Below, piece after piece: positions 21,659-31,787 of a stretch of DNA of 64,000 nt. Numbering within the stretch: position 1 is the stretch's first letter; every line of letters begins with the position of its first letter. Under the pieces are notes generated by a model that worked only from the letters and a program-made list of their open reading frames with translations, had not been told where the DNA came from and did no database searches. This stretch comes from Candidatus Latescibacterota bacterium (GTDB lineage Bacteria; Latescibacterota; UBA2968; UBA8231): positions 2,080,001-2,144,000 of the forward strand of contig OZ242214.1 in assembly GCA_965206595.1 (NCBI GenBank). The letters are read 5' to 3'. The position numbers and the translations under genes were made by a program.

Positions 21659-22755
21659 CAGCGACCGAACTGGCAGCTGGGGTCTGGAGAGTCGACCTGG
21701 ACGGCGGCCGCCGCGTCGTCGCCAAGTGCCAGCCGTTTGCCGGCCTCACCCGGGGCCGGGCCGACGACCTGATCGCCGTCGAGCAGCGGGTTCTGACCCT
21801 GCTGAAGGAGCGGAATTGCCCGGTGCCGCAGGTCCTCGGCGCCGATCCGGACGCGGGCCTCATCTTCTTCGAGCACCTCGGGGAGGAGACCCTGGACGAT
21901 GCCTGCCGCGGCGCGGGACCCGGCCGCCTCGCGAGATTGCGGGAGCGGCTCGTCAGCGGATTCCTGCGGATAGAGCAGGCCTTCGCCGACTGCCGGCGGG
22001 AGCTGGCACCCCACATCTCCGCGGCGGCCTCCCGCGAGCGCCTCCCGGACGCTCTCACCCAGGCTCGAGACGGGGCTTGGGACGGAATGCACAGGCTCCT
22101 GCACCGGTGCGGGCAGGCCCCCGGGCCGGCTCTCGAAGATCTGCTCGTGGAGCTCTGCGAGCGGCTCGCCGGGGAGGAGCCGAGCCTCGGAAGCACCGAC
22201 TACAACGCCCGCAACGTCGTCGTCGACCGCGGCAGCGACGCGGTCGGTTTCATCGAGTTCGCCAAGATCGGCTGGGACTGGCCCGAGCGCCGGCTGGTGC
22301 AGTACGCCACCGGCCTGGGAGCGGACGCCGAAGGGGGCTTCGCCGGTCTCCTCGACCGCACCGCGGCCGGCCAGTACGCGAGCTCCGCCCCCGGAGACCG
22401 GGCCCGCAGGGGGTTCGCCCTCGACGGGCACCACCTGCTCTTCCACCTCAACGCGGCGGCCAGGCTCTGCGGCGCCCTGGATGGCCCCGGCCTGGAGCCG
22501 AACCGCACGCTCCTGGAAGTCTGGCGGCAGCCGAGGCTGCGCCTGCGCCAGCTCTGCGACGCCATCTCCTTCCCTCTCGGCGACGACTCCCTGGCCATCG
22601 GCTTCAGAAGGCAGTTCGCCCGTCTCCTGTCCCGGGAATGGACCGGACAGGATGCGGACGCCCAACGGGTCCGGGTAACCCGGAATGAAGAGGAACCAGT
22701 GAACGTACCGCCTGTTGTCACCCTCCCAACCCCTGATGCAGGAGCGCAACCATGA
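21655..22755 (+). CDS. Aminoglycoside phosphotransferase/kinase-like protein
   Basis: VVAK, PVPQVLG, FEHLG, degenerate STDYNARN and FIEF motifs; GTG overlaps the upstream stop. Confidence 0.65.
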   Translation: MTATELAAGVWRVDLDGGRRVVAKCQPFAGLTRGRADDLIAVEQRVLTLLKERNCPVPQVLGADPDAGLIFFEHLGEETLDDACRGAGPGRLARLRERLVSGFLRIEQAFADCRRELAPHISAAASRERLPDALTQARDGAWDGMHRLLHRCGQAPGPALEDLLVELCERLAGEEPSLGSTDYNARNVVVDRGSDAVGFIEFAKIGWDWPERRLVQYATGLGADAEGGFAGLLDRTAAGQYASSAPGDRARRGFALDGHHLLFHLNAAARLCGALDGPGLEPNRTLLEVWRQPRLRLRQLCDAISFPLGDDSLAIGFRRQFARLLSREWTGQDADAQRVRVTRNEEEPVNVPPVVTLPTPDAGAQP

Positions 22756-23030
22756 ACGAATCCGACAACCTCGACTTCAAACCCCGGGCCCGGGGGCTCG
22801 TGATCGGCGGCCTTCCCTGGCTCGCCCGCATAGCGGACAAGGCGCGCGCCTGGCACGGCGGGCGCATCGGCGACTACGTCTTCCCGTGAGCTGCCGACCA
22901 GCGCTTTCTGGAGGAAGCGGAGCTGAAGTCGGAGGAGTTCTCGGAGATGGTGCTGGCGAGCGCCGACGACGAGGAGTTGATCGCCAGCATGAAGGAACAC
23001 CTCGGGGGGCGGACCGTTAAGGGTCCCTGA
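22752..23030 (+). CDS. DUF5069-like protein with in-frame TGA (candidate selenoprotein, 92 aa)
   Basis: Manual translation MNESDNLDFKPRARGLVIGGLPWLARIADKARAWHGGRIGDYVFP*AADQRFLEEAELKSEEF..DDEELI; GGAG RBS; coupled to both neighbours; hairpin after the TGA. Confidence 0.7.
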
Positions 23031-23039
23031 CCGCCCGCC

Positions 23040-23837
23040 ATGCTCGAGGACCGGACAGCCGTCGTCACCGGGGCAGGCCAGGGGATCGGACTGGGCGTCG
23101 CCCGGGCCCTGGCCGCCCGGGGGGCGCGGGTGGTCATCGGCGAGCTGGTCCCGGAGCGCGGTGAAAAGGCCGCGGCCGGCATTATAGCGGAAGGGTACCG
23201 CGCCCGGTCGGTACCGCTCGACGTCAGCCTGCCGGAGTCCTGCTCGGCCCTGGTCGACACCGTGCTCGGGGAACACGGGCGTATCGACATCCTCGTCAAC
23301 TGCGCCGGCATCTTCACCGCCCACCGCTCGGAGGAGTTCCCCGAGGAGGACTGGCGGCGGCAGATCGACGTCCTGCTGAACGGGGTCTTCTTCACCACCC
23401 AGGAAGTGGTCCGCAAGGTCATGATTCCGCAGCAGTCCGGCAGCGTCGTCACCGTCGCCTCGATCGGCGGCATGGGCGGCTGGCCGATGCGGGCGGCCTA
23501 CAACGCCGCCAAGGCCGGGGTCATCGTGCTCAACGAGGTGCTGGCGACCGAGTGGGCCCGGCACGGCATCCGCCTCAACTGCGTCTCCCCCGGGGTCACC
23601 CGGACCGAAATGATCGAAAAGGCGATCGCCGCGGGCGCCTCTTCCATGGACCGCTACCGCAACCGCACCCCCCTCGGGCGGATCGCCGAGGTCGAGGAGA
23701 TCGCCAGCGCCGTCCTCTTCCTGGTATCGGACCGCGCCTCCTACATCACCGGGGAAAACCTGCGCGTCGACGGCGGCTGGGTCCCCTGGGGCAACCTCGA
23801 TGCCATCGGCTTTCCCGAAGATGCGGACCGTCCCTGA
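23040..23837 (+). CDS. SDR family oxidoreductase
   Basis: TGAGQGIG, VNCAG, YNAAK, VDGG. Confidence 0.92.
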   Translation: MLEDRTAVVTGAGQGIGLGVARALAARGARVVIGELVPERGEKAAAGIIAEGYRARSVPLDVSLPESCSALVDTVLGEHGRIDILVNCAGIFTAHRSEEFPEEDWRRQIDVLLNGVFFTTQEVVRKVMIPQQSGSVVTVASIGGMGGWPMRAAYNAAKAGVIVLNEVLATEWARHGIRLNCVSPGVTRTEMIEKAIAAGASSMDRYRNRTPLGRIAEVEEIASAVLFLVSDRASYITGENLRVDGGWVPWGNLDAIGFPEDADRP

Positions 23838-24594
23838 GTTCGCCGGCAGGACGGTGGTCGTCACCGGCGCCGGCGGCGGGCTCGGCTCGGACATGGCACA
23901 CCGCTTCGGCGAGGCCGGGGCTTTCGTGGTGGTCGCCGACATCGACGCGGCAGCCGGCCATGCTGTCGCAGAGCAGTTGCGCGGCGACGGCATCGAGGCC
24001 GTGTACCGCCGGCTCGACGTGCGCGATCCGGGTTCGAGCGCCGGCCTCGTCGAGGACGTGGCCGGCGAGCGCGGCGGTATCGACGTCTGGGTCAACAACG
24101 CCGGAGTCGCCCACAAGGGGCCGGCCGAAACCCTGCCGCAGGAGCAGTGGCGGGAAAGCATCGACGTGATGCTCTCGGGCGCCTTCTACTGCGCCCAGGC
24201 CGCGGCCCGCCCCATGCTGGAACAGGGCCGGGGCGTGATCGTCAACGTCGCTTCCATCATCGGCTGTTTCCCGATCGAGCAGCGCGTCGCCTACGGCACC
24301 GCCAAGGCGGGACTGATCGCCCTCACCGAAGCCCTGGGGATCGAGTGGGCGGACAGGGGTGTGCGCGTCGTCGGCGTCGCCCCCGCGGTGGTGATGACGG
24401 AGATGGTCCGCAAAGGTCTGGCCGAGGGCACGGCCACGGTCGCCGCGTACGAGCGCCGCACCCCGATGCGGCGGCTCGGCACCAAACGCGAGGTCTCCGA
24501 TGCCGTCCTCTACCTCGCCAGCGACGAGGCCTCGTTCATTACCGCCGAGACCCTGAAGATAGACGGGGGCTGGGGCGCTTATTCCTTCTTCTGA
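23821..24594 (+). CDS. SDR family oxidoreductase
   Basis: TGAGGGLG, VNNAG, YGTAK, IDGG. Confidence 0.92.
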   Translation: MRTVPEFAGRTVVVTGAGGGLGSDMAHRFGEAGAFVVVADIDAAAGHAVAEQLRGDGIEAVYRRLDVRDPGSSAGLVEDVAGERGGIDVWVNNAGVAHKGPAETLPQEQWRESIDVMLSGAFYCAQAAARPMLEQGRGVIVNVASIIGCFPIEQRVAYGTAKAGLIALTEALGIEWADRGVRVVGVAPAVVMTEMVRKGLAEGTATVAAYERRTPMRRLGTKREVSDAVLYLASDEASFITAETLKIDGGWGAYSFF

Positions 24595-24614
24595 CTTCTG
24601 AGAAAGGGTTCGTT

Positions 24615-25064
24615 TTGAAAGTAGCCGGAGCGGCGCACACGTCGTACACGGTTTCGGACCTGGCGCGGTCCAAGCAGTTCTACTGCGGCCTTCTCGGCTG
24701 CGAGGTCCTGTGGGAGCGGGAGATCGTCGAGACTTATTTCCGCGCCATCGTCGGTTTTCCCGATTGCGTGGTGAAGGCCGCTCAACTGCGCATTCCCGGA
24801 TCGGGCCACGTGCTCGAGCTGTTCGAATACGCGCATCCGCGCGCCGCCCCCGCGGTGCCGCCGGTCAACCGCCCTGGCAGCTCCCACATCGCCTTTCTGG
24901 TCGAAGACATCCACGCCGCTTGCGAAGAGCTCGGCGCCCGGGGGGTGGTCGTCCGCTCCGACCCGGTCGAAGTCGACTACGGAGCCAACAAGGGGGCCTG
25001 GGGGGTGTACATCGAAGACCCGGACGGCATCCCCATGGAGCTGTTCCAGCCCCCGCCCCGTTGA
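24615..25064 (+). CDS. VOC/glyoxalase family protein
   Basis: HTSYTVSDLARSKQFY..HIAFLVED..EDPDGIPMEL; TTG start. Confidence 0.85.
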   Translation: MKVAGAAHTSYTVSDLARSKQFYCGLLGCEVLWEREIVETYFRAIVGFPDCVVKAAQLRIPGSGHVLELFEYAHPRAAPAVPPVNRPGSSHIAFLVEDIHAACEELGARGVVVRSDPVEVDYGANKGAWGVYIEDPDGIPMELFQPPPR

Positions 25065-25173
25065 TCCGCAGGCACCGCTAGCCTTCGCGCGCGCTGATTT
25101 GCGCCGGGGCGGGATCCGCCCCGGACTCGCCTGGCCTCGCTACGGCGCCGCCTATTTGCCGACTGAGAGAACG

Positions 25174-25932
25174 ATGACCCTCCGCTTCGCCTGCAGCAGC
25201 CTGACCTGGCCCCACGAGGAGCTCGAGCGCAACCTCGCCCTGCTCGCCCCCAGCGGTTACGAAGGGTGGGAGACGCGCGAGCCCCTCGACATCCTCGGCC
25301 CGCCGCGGCGCCTGCTGCGCCTGTGCGCCTCCGCCGGCATCGAGATCGCCGCGGTGACCGGGCCCAACGTCACGCGCTCGACCGCGGATGCGGCGCAGCA
25401 GATCTGCAAGCGCCGCATCGAGTACGCCGCCGACCTCGGGGTCGGGCTGTTCATGACCAAGGGCCCGGGGCACGGAGAGGTTTCGCCGGCGCCGGAGGGG
25501 GAGCTCGACCGCATCGCCGCGGTGTACGAGGACCTCGCCGAATACGGGGACCGGCTCGGGGTCGCGGTGACCTACCACCCGCACGAGAACCACTTCGTCG
25601 ACAGCGCCGCCGAGTGGCGGCGGTTCATGCCGCGGCTGCGGGTCTGCCGCTTGTGCCTCGACGTGATGCACGCCGTGCTGTGGGGGTGGGATGCGGCCGC
25701 GGCGGCGCGGGAATTCGCCGGCCGCATCGCCTACGTCCACCTGCACGGCAGGAAGGGGGAGGAGCCGGCCGACCTCGACGACGGTCCCTTGTGCGACTAC
25801 GCCGGGTTCCTGGGTACGCTCGAGAAAGAGCTGGGGTTCTCGGGGTGGGTGGTGGTCCTGCCGGGAGGCAGGCGGCCCGCGGAGGAGAGCATGCGCCGCA
25901 ACCGCGACTACCTGCGCGGCCTGGGGTACTGA
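25174..25932 (+). CDS. Sugar phosphate isomerase/epimerase (IolE-like TIM barrel)
   Basis: GYEGWE, YHPH, LCLDVMH, YVHLH. Confidence 0.8.
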   Translation: MTLRFACSSLTWPHEELERNLALLAPSGYEGWETREPLDILGPPRRLLRLCASAGIEIAAVTGPNVTRSTADAAQQICKRRIEYAADLGVGLFMTKGPGHGEVSPAPEGELDRIAAVYEDLAEYGDRLGVAVTYHPHENHFVDSAAEWRRFMPRLRVCRLCLDVMHAVLWGWDAAAAAREFAGRIAYVHLHGRKGEEPADLDDGPLCDYAGFLGTLEKELGFSGWVVVLPGGRRPAEESMRRNRDYLRGLGY

Positions 25933-25971
25933 GCGGGTACCGTCCCAAGCAGCCGCAGCGACGAACCGGAA

Positions 25972-26095
25972 CGGGAAGGAATCGGCCGGCCTCGACGACG
26001 GCCCCCTGTGCGACTACGGCCGGTTCCTGTCCGTGCTCGAGGAGGAGCTGGGGTTCTCGGGATGGGTCGTGGTCCTGCCGGGAGGCCGGCGACCG
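25972..26095 (+). repeat. Diverged direct duplicate of the 3' part (about 25757-25880) of the upstream isomerase gene
   Basis: Encodes LDDGPLCDY..FL..LE.ELGFSGWVVVLPGGRR again, with scattered substitutions. Confidence 0.85.
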
Positions 26096-26337
26096 CGGCG
26101 CGGCCACCGGGAGGCTACTGCCGTTTCCCTCTGTGCCGCCCTCATGCCGTCGCGGCGGCCTCCTTCGCACGGCGCCCCGGCCAGAGGCAGGGCGCCGGAA
26201 AGCCTCGGATCCTGAGGAAGGGCTGCCGCGAAATTCCCCCGGCGAAACACCGGCCTCGCGCGAGCGGCCGCATGCGCCGCCCAATCGATCCGGCCCGACC
26301 GTCCGGCTCCACTTCAGGCAACCCGGGGCTTTCTCCT

Positions 26338-27369
26338 TCAGCGCCGGATCCTGGCGAGCTTGGCCTGGAAATCCTCCCGGTCGAGCACCTCCCCGTTGAC
26401 CAGGGCCGCGGGGATCTTCCCCGCCATGATCTCCTGGGCCTGGGCAAGTTTGCCGCTCCAGGCGGTGGTGAAATACTCGTCGGTGTGGCAGAGCGAGTGC
26501 GGGGAGACGACGACGTTCTCCATGCGCAGCAGCGGGTTGTCCGGGTCCACCGGCTCCTGCTCGAAGACGTCGAGGCCGGCGCCGCGGATCGTCCCCTGGC
26601 GCAGCGCCTCGATCAGGGCCGGCTCGTCGACGACGGAGCCCCGCGAGGTGTTGACGAGATAGGCCGACGGTTTCATGCCCCCCAGTTCTTCGGCGCCGAT
26701 CAGGTGCCGCGTCTCCTCGTTGAGGGGCACGCAGATGCAGACGAAGTCCGACTCGGCCAGCAGGCGGCCGCGGTCGACCAGCTCCACTCCGAGGCCTTCG
26801 AGCGCTTCCGGGCTCGCGTACGGATCGCAGGCCAGCAGCCTCATGGCGAACGGCTGCGCCAGGACGAGGACCTCGCGCCCGATGTTGCCCACCCCGATCA
26901 CTCCCAGGGTCTTCCCGGTCAACCCTTCCCCCTTGTAGTCGGCGCGCTCCGCCCAGCGCCCTTCGCGGGTGAGCCTGTCCTTGTTGATCAGCTTCGTAGC
27001 CAGGGCGAGGATGTGGGTCATGTTGGTCACCGCCATCGGCCGGCGCACGGCGTCGGGAGCGGTGCAGAGCATCACCCCGGCCCCGGTCAGGGCGGCCACG
27101 TCGATGTGATCGTATCCGACCCCCATGAAGAGCACGGCGATCAGGCGCTCGCTGTCGCCGACGGAGCGGGTCGTCCACGGGACCCCGGCGGAGATGACCA
27201 TGTCGCAGTGGGCGACCTGCCCGGGGGCGATCTCCGGCAGAAGCTCGGCGAGCATCTCGTGTTCGACCCCGGGGATGCGGTCGAACAACGCCAGCCCGCC
27301 GGGGATGACGAGGTTTCCCCCCTCGTCGAACAGGTCCCTGGTGATGGCGATTCTGACGGTGTCGCTCAT
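26338..27369 (-). CDS. D-isomer-specific 2-hydroxyacid dehydrogenase
   Basis: GVGYDHID, GVIGVGNIG, VNTSRG, LDVFEQEP, SPH. Confidence 0.92.
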   Translation of the reverse strand: MSDTVRIAITRDLFDEGGNLVIPGGLALFDRIPGVEHEMLAELLPEIAPGQVAHCDMVISAGVPWTTRSVGDSERLIAVLFMGVGYDHIDVAALTGAGVMLCTAPDAVRRPMAVTNMTHILALATKLINKDRLTREGRWAERADYKGEGLTGKTLGVIGVGNIGREVLVLAQPFAMRLLACDPYASPEALEGLGVELVDRGRLLAESDFVCICVPLNEETRHLIGAEELGGMKPSAYLVNTSRGSVVDEPALIEALRQGTIRGAGLDVFEQEPVDPDNPLLRMENVVVSPHSLCHTDEYFTTAWSGKLAQAQEIMAGKIPAALVNGEVLDREDFQAKLARIRR

Positions 27370-28166
27370 GCCATTTCTCCGTCCGTTTCAATGGGAGTAT
27401 CCAGCACCCCGAGCTCGTCGAGGCGGCGGAGCCAGCGCTGATGCCGCGGCCCTGCAAGGGAGCGCCAGTGGTCCCCGTACATCTGATGTCTCTTGCAGGT
27501 GAAGATCTGGTGGTTTCCCCGCATCTGGCTGAGCACCGCCTCGGTCGCCTGCGGGGATTCCGGGTCCTCGTAGTAGACGATTACCCCCTGGCGCCGCCCC
27601 GCGGCCCCGCCGAACGAGGCGTGCCAGAGGCCGACGTCAAAGGCGAGCACGTCGCCCGGCTGCGATTCGAAGACGTGGGCCGGCATCTGCACCGGGGGAA
27701 TCCCGTACGCCTCCCCGGGATCGCCGGCGACCATGCCGTGCAGGGGCTCCCGGTGCGAGCCGGGAATGACGCGCAGGGCCCCGGTGGCGCCATCGAGGCG
27801 GTCGGGGTAGATGCAGAACTTGATCCCCCTGTAGTCGAGGGAGGCGGTGTCGGAATGCCAGCGGGTGTCCCCCACCATGTAGCTCCCGTCGACGGCTATG
27901 GCGATCCCCTTGCGGGCGAGCAACTGCTCGGCGACGTCGCCGAAGCGGGGATCGTCGGCGAGGCCGGCGATGGAGGGGCTCGCCGCCTCCATCAGGGTGG
28001 CGTAGTGGCGCTGAGTGCCGTCGAACGCCTCACCCTCGAGCCAGGCCTGCATTCCGCAATCGAACTCCTCGCTGAAGCGCTCCATCTCCGCAGGGGAGAG
28101 CAACTGCCTGAAAACCAGGAATCCGAAGGTCTCGAAGTGGTTGAGCTGTTGTTTGCCGATTTGCAT
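27366..28166 (-). CDS. Phytanoyl-CoA dioxygenase (PhyH) family
   Basis: FETFGFLVFR, WHSD, GALRVIPGSH, PGDVLAFD..LWHAS. Confidence 0.85.
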   Translation of the reverse strand: MQIGKQQLNHFETFGFLVFRQLLSPAEMERFSEEFDCGMQAWLEGEAFDGTQRHYATLMEAASPSIAGLADDPRFGDVAEQLLARKGIAIAVDGSYMVGDTRWHSDTASLDYRGIKFCIYPDRLDGATGALRVIPGSHREPLHGMVAGDPGEAYGIPPVQMPAHVFESQPGDVLAFDVGLWHASFGGAAGRRQGVIVYYEDPESPQATEAVLSQMRGNHQIFTCKRHQMYGDHWRSLAGPRHQRWLRRLDELGVLDTPIETDGEMA

Positions 28167-28312
28167 GATTACCCTTTGCGTTGGCGGCCGCTTCCCGGCC
28201 GCCGGCGATTTTCCGCAACACCGGACCTGATTGCAAGCCCGGCGCCGCGGCCTCCGCGGTCGCCCCTTCGAGCGGCTTGCAGACATCACAACGGACGAGG
28301 AGGGTGAGAGTC

Positions 28313-29353
28313 ATGAGCGACCTGAACGTCGGCATCGTGGGACTGGGCTGGGTTGCCGGCGCCCACATCGAAACCTTCAAGGCGGTAGAGGGGGGCAACG
28401 TCACCGCGGTGTGCTCCCGCAGGGAACACGACGAGGCCGACCTGGCAACGCAGTTCGGCACCCCGCTGAAGGCGTACACCAGCTACGACGAGATGCTGGC
28501 CGACGGCGACATCGATGTCGTCGACATCTGCACCCCCCACCCCTTCCACGCGGAGCAGGCGATCGCCGCGGCGCGCGCCGGCAAGCACCTGATCATCGAG
28601 AAGCCGGTCTGCCTCACGTACGAGGACCTGGTGGCGGTGGGGGAGGCGGTCGAAGAAAGCGGCGTCGAGGTCTGCGTCTGCTTCGAGTGCCGCTACAGCG
28701 CCCACTTCACCCTGATCCGCTCGGTCATCGACCAGGGTCTGCTCGGGGAGTTGCATTTCGCCGAGGTCGACTACTACCACGGCATCGGGCCCTGGTACGG
28801 GCAGTACGGCTGGAACGTCAAGAAGGAGATGGGAGGCAGCTCCCTGTTGACCGCGGGCTGCCACGCCCTCGACGCCTGCCTGTTCTTCATGGACGGCAAG
28901 GTCGAGGAGGTGTCGAGCTACCAGGTGATGTCGAAGGGGGCGGAGTTCGCGCCGTACGAGTACAACACCACCAGCGTCAGCACCCTGAAGTTCGCCGGCG
29001 GCGAAAAGCTCGCCAAGGTCACCTCCTGCATCGACTGCCTGCAGCCCTACTACTTCCACATCCACCTCGTCGGCAGCGAGGGCAGCCTGCTCGACAACCG
29101 CATCTATTCCAAGAAGCTCAAGGGGATGGTCAAGGACCGGTGGAGCACCCTCGAGACCTCGCTGATAGACTCCGGCGACGTCAGCGACCACCCCTACCAG
29201 CCGCAGTTCCAGGCATTCGTCGACGCCGTCGGCAGGAACGAGGCCATGCCGCTGACCGACTGGGACACCGCCTCCGAGTCCTCGCGGGTGGTGTTCGCCG
29301 CGGACCTCGCCGCGGCCGAAGGCCGGCCGGTGGCGTTGTCGGAGCTGGCCTGA
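28313..29353 (+). CDS. Gfo/Idh/MocA oxidoreductase
   Basis: [21 protein letters not shown]. Confidence 0.92.
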   Translation: MSDLNVGIVGLGWVAGAHIETFKAVEGGNVTAVCSRREHDEADLATQFGTPLKAYTSYDEMLADGDIDVVDICTPHPFHAEQAIAAARAGKHLIIEKPVCLTYEDLVAVGEAVEESGVEVCVCFECRYSAHFTLIRSVIDQGLLGELHFAEVDYYHGIGPWYGQYGWNVKKEMGGSSLLTAGCHALDACLFFMDGKVEEVSSYQVMSKGAEFAPYEYNTTSVSTLKFAGGEKLAKVTSCIDCLQPYYFHIHLVGSEGSLLDNRIYSKKLKGMVKDRWSTLETSLIDSGDVSDHPYQPQFQAFVDAVGRNEAMPLTDWDTASESSRVVFAADLAAAEGRPVALSELA

Positions 29354-29482
29354 AGCTCGAGCCCGGTTCCGGCCGCTGCATAAACCGGGTGTCGGATCGG
29401 GTTTTAGACGGGGTTTTGACCGGACAGACCGGCACTGGCTGCAGTCCATTGCCCGCATGACCGCGGTGCGGCACAGTACCCC

Positions 29483-31552
29483 ATGAGACACCTGCCCCTT
29501 CTCCTCCTATCCTTCCGGATCAGCGCCATGGCGAGTACCACCGAGTTCCACGTCTCCCCCTCCGGCGACGACGCCGGCGACGGATCGGCCGAGCGTCCGT
29601 TCGCTACCCCTTCCCGCGCCCGGGATGCCCTGCGCCTGCTCAAGAGCGAGAGCGGCCTTCCCGAGGCCGGAGCCAGCGTCTGGCTGCACGGAGGGGACTA
29701 CCGATTGCGCGAATCGTTTCTCCTCGAAAGACAGGACTCCGGCGCGCCCGGGGCCCCGATCGCCTACCGCGCCGCCCCGGGTGCACAGCCGCGGCTTCTC
29801 GGCGGGATCGAGCTGCCCGCCGCCGCCTGGGCGGCGGTCGAGGATCCGGTGGTGCGCGGCAAGCTCTCCGGGGAGGCGCGCGAGGAAGTGCGCCGCATCG
29901 ACCTCGGGGGGCTCGGAGTGCCGGCGGTGGCGCCGCCCCCGGACGCCTTCAAGGGGAGCGCGCTGCCCGAGCTGTTCGCCGGCGGCGAGCGCATGCCTCT
30001 GGCGCGCTGGCCCAACGAGGGGTGGGTGACCTTCACCGAGGCCGTCGACAGGGGCTCCCGCAGCGGCGACGAGGTCCCCCGGGGAGGCACCTTCCGCTAC
30101 GAGGAGGAGCGCCCGGCCCGCTGGTCCGTGGAGGAAGGGGTCTGGCTGCAGGGGTACTGGTGCTGGGACTGGTACGAGGAGTCGATCCGGGTCGCAGCGA
30201 TCGACACCGCCGCCCGGCTGATCACCCTCGCCGCTCCCCACGGGTACGCCATCGGCTTCGATCCCGGGTACCCCTGGAACGACGCGCCGCGGCGCTACTT
30301 TGCCTTCAACCTGCTTTCCGAGCTCGACCGCCCCGGGGAATGGCACCTCGATCCCGGGGAGATGGTCCTCTACTTCTGGCCTCCCGCGGGCATCGAGGAG
30401 AAGGAGGTGATCCTGTCGCTGCTCGAAGAGCCCCTGATCGCCCTCGAGGACGCTTCCCATGTATCCATCGAGGGGATCACCTTCGAGGCGGGCAGGGAAT
30501 CCGGCGTCGCCGTGACCGGGGGGGCCGGCAACCGGGTGGCAGGCTGCACCTTCCGCAACCTCGGCACCACCGCGGTGAGCGTCAGCGGCGGCTCCGGGCA
30601 CCGGGTCGTCAGCTGCGACATCCACGACGTCGGGGCTTCCGGAATAAGCCTCACCGGCGGGGACCGGCCGACCCTCGAGCCGGGCGGTCACGAGGCGGTC
30701 AACAACCACATCTACCGCTTCGGACGCACACGCCGCACCTATGCCGGCGCCGTCCATCTATACGGTGTGGGCAACCGCGCCGCCCACAACCTCATCCACG
30801 ACGCCCCCCACCTGGCGATGGAGTTCAAAGGCAACGACCACGTCATCGAATTCAACCACATCCACCACGTCGCCCGGGAGACCGGCGACGTCGGCGCCCT
30901 CTACACCGGCCGCGACTGGACCGCCCGCGGCAACCTCATCCGCCACAACTTCATCCACGATCTCACCGGCCCGGGGGTCGTCGGCTCCATGGGGGTCTAC
31001 CTCGACGACTGCCTCAGCGGCACCACCGTGTTCGGCAACGTCATACACAAGGCGACGTTCGCCATGCACACCGGGGGCGGCCGCGACAACCTGTTCCGCA
31101 ACAACATCCTCACGGCGTCGCGCCACGCCTTCCACATCGACGCGCGCTGCGTCGGGATTATCGAGGGTCACGTGCTGACCCCGATTTTTTTCGAGCGCCT
31201 GGAAGCGATGCCCTACCGCGAGCCGCCCTGGAGCGAGCGCTATCCCGAGCTCGTCGACATCCTCGAGGACGACCTCGGGTTCCCCAAGAGGAACGTCGTC
31301 GACCGCAATGTCGTCGTGCACTGCGCGGACTGGTTGCACACCCCCGGAATGGAGCCCTATCTCGACCTCAACCGGATCGAGAACAACCTCGTTTTCGAGG
31401 AGTTCGAAGAAGCCGGGTTCGTCGACGCCGACAACCTCGAGCTGCAGCTGCGGGAGGATTCCCCGGTGTACGAGCGGCTGCCGGAGTTCGAGCGCATCCC
31501 CTTCGAGCGCATCGGGCTGTTCATCGACGAGTACCGCCCCCGTCTCCCCTGA
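29483..31552 (+). CDS. Right-handed parallel beta-helix protein (pectin-lyase fold, putative glycoside hydrolase)
   Basis: FHVSPSGDD..GS.ERPFAT, LARWPN, ELDRPGEW, N.IHH repeats, GVYLDD. Confidence 0.82.
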   Translation: MRHLPLLLLSFRISAMASTTEFHVSPSGDDAGDGSAERPFATPSRARDALRLLKSESGLPEAGASVWLHGGDYRLRESFLLERQDSGAPGAPIAYRAAPGAQPRLLGGIELPAAAWAAVEDPVVRGKLSGEAREEVRRIDLGGLGVPAVAPPPDAFKGSALPELFAGGERMPLARWPNEGWVTFTEAVDRGSRSGDEVPRGGTFRYEEERPARWSVEEGVWLQGYWCWDWYEESIRVAAIDTAARLITLAAPHGYAIGFDPGYPWNDAPRRYFAFNLLSELDRPGEWHLDPGEMVLYFWPPAGIEEKEVILSLLEEPLIALEDASHVSIEGITFEAGRESGVAVTGGAGNRVAGCTFRNLGTTAVSVSGGSGHRVVSCDIHDVGASGISLTGGDRPTLEPGGHEAVNNHIYRFGRTRRTYAGAVHLYGVGNRAAHNLIHDAPHLAMEFKGNDHVIEFNHIHHVARETGDVGALYTGRDWTARGNLIRHNFIHDLTGPGVVGSMGVYLDDCLSGTTVFGNVIHKATFAMHTGGGRDNLFRNNILTASRHAFHIDARCVGIIEGHVLTPIFFERLEAMPYREPPWSERYPELVDILEDDLGFPKRNVVDRNVVVHCADWLHTPGMEPYLDLNRIENNLVFEEFEEAGFVDADNLELQLREDSPVYERLPEFERIPFERIGLFIDEYRPRLP

Positions 31553-31787
31553 CCAGCAGAGCCCCGGCGTACCCACTCGGGGCCACTCCTACGTTCACAT
31601 CGCGAGCCCGGGCTCGGCGAAATTCCGGCAACCTGTTTTGGAGCCGAACCCGGATATCCGCCGGGAAGGGCGGCCGGAAAATCGAGGGCCCCGGGCGCCT
31701 CGGCCACCTGATTGGCCAAACCTTCCGGGCAGGATTCAGGCAACCGGGGGCCTCTCCCGACCATGCAGAGCCCCCGGGGAGGCGCGA

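Noticed and set aside
25757-26095. Possible diversity-generating retroelement VR/TR pair
   Set aside because: Mismatches are not adenine-specific, many are synonymous, and no reverse transcriptase is present in the window.
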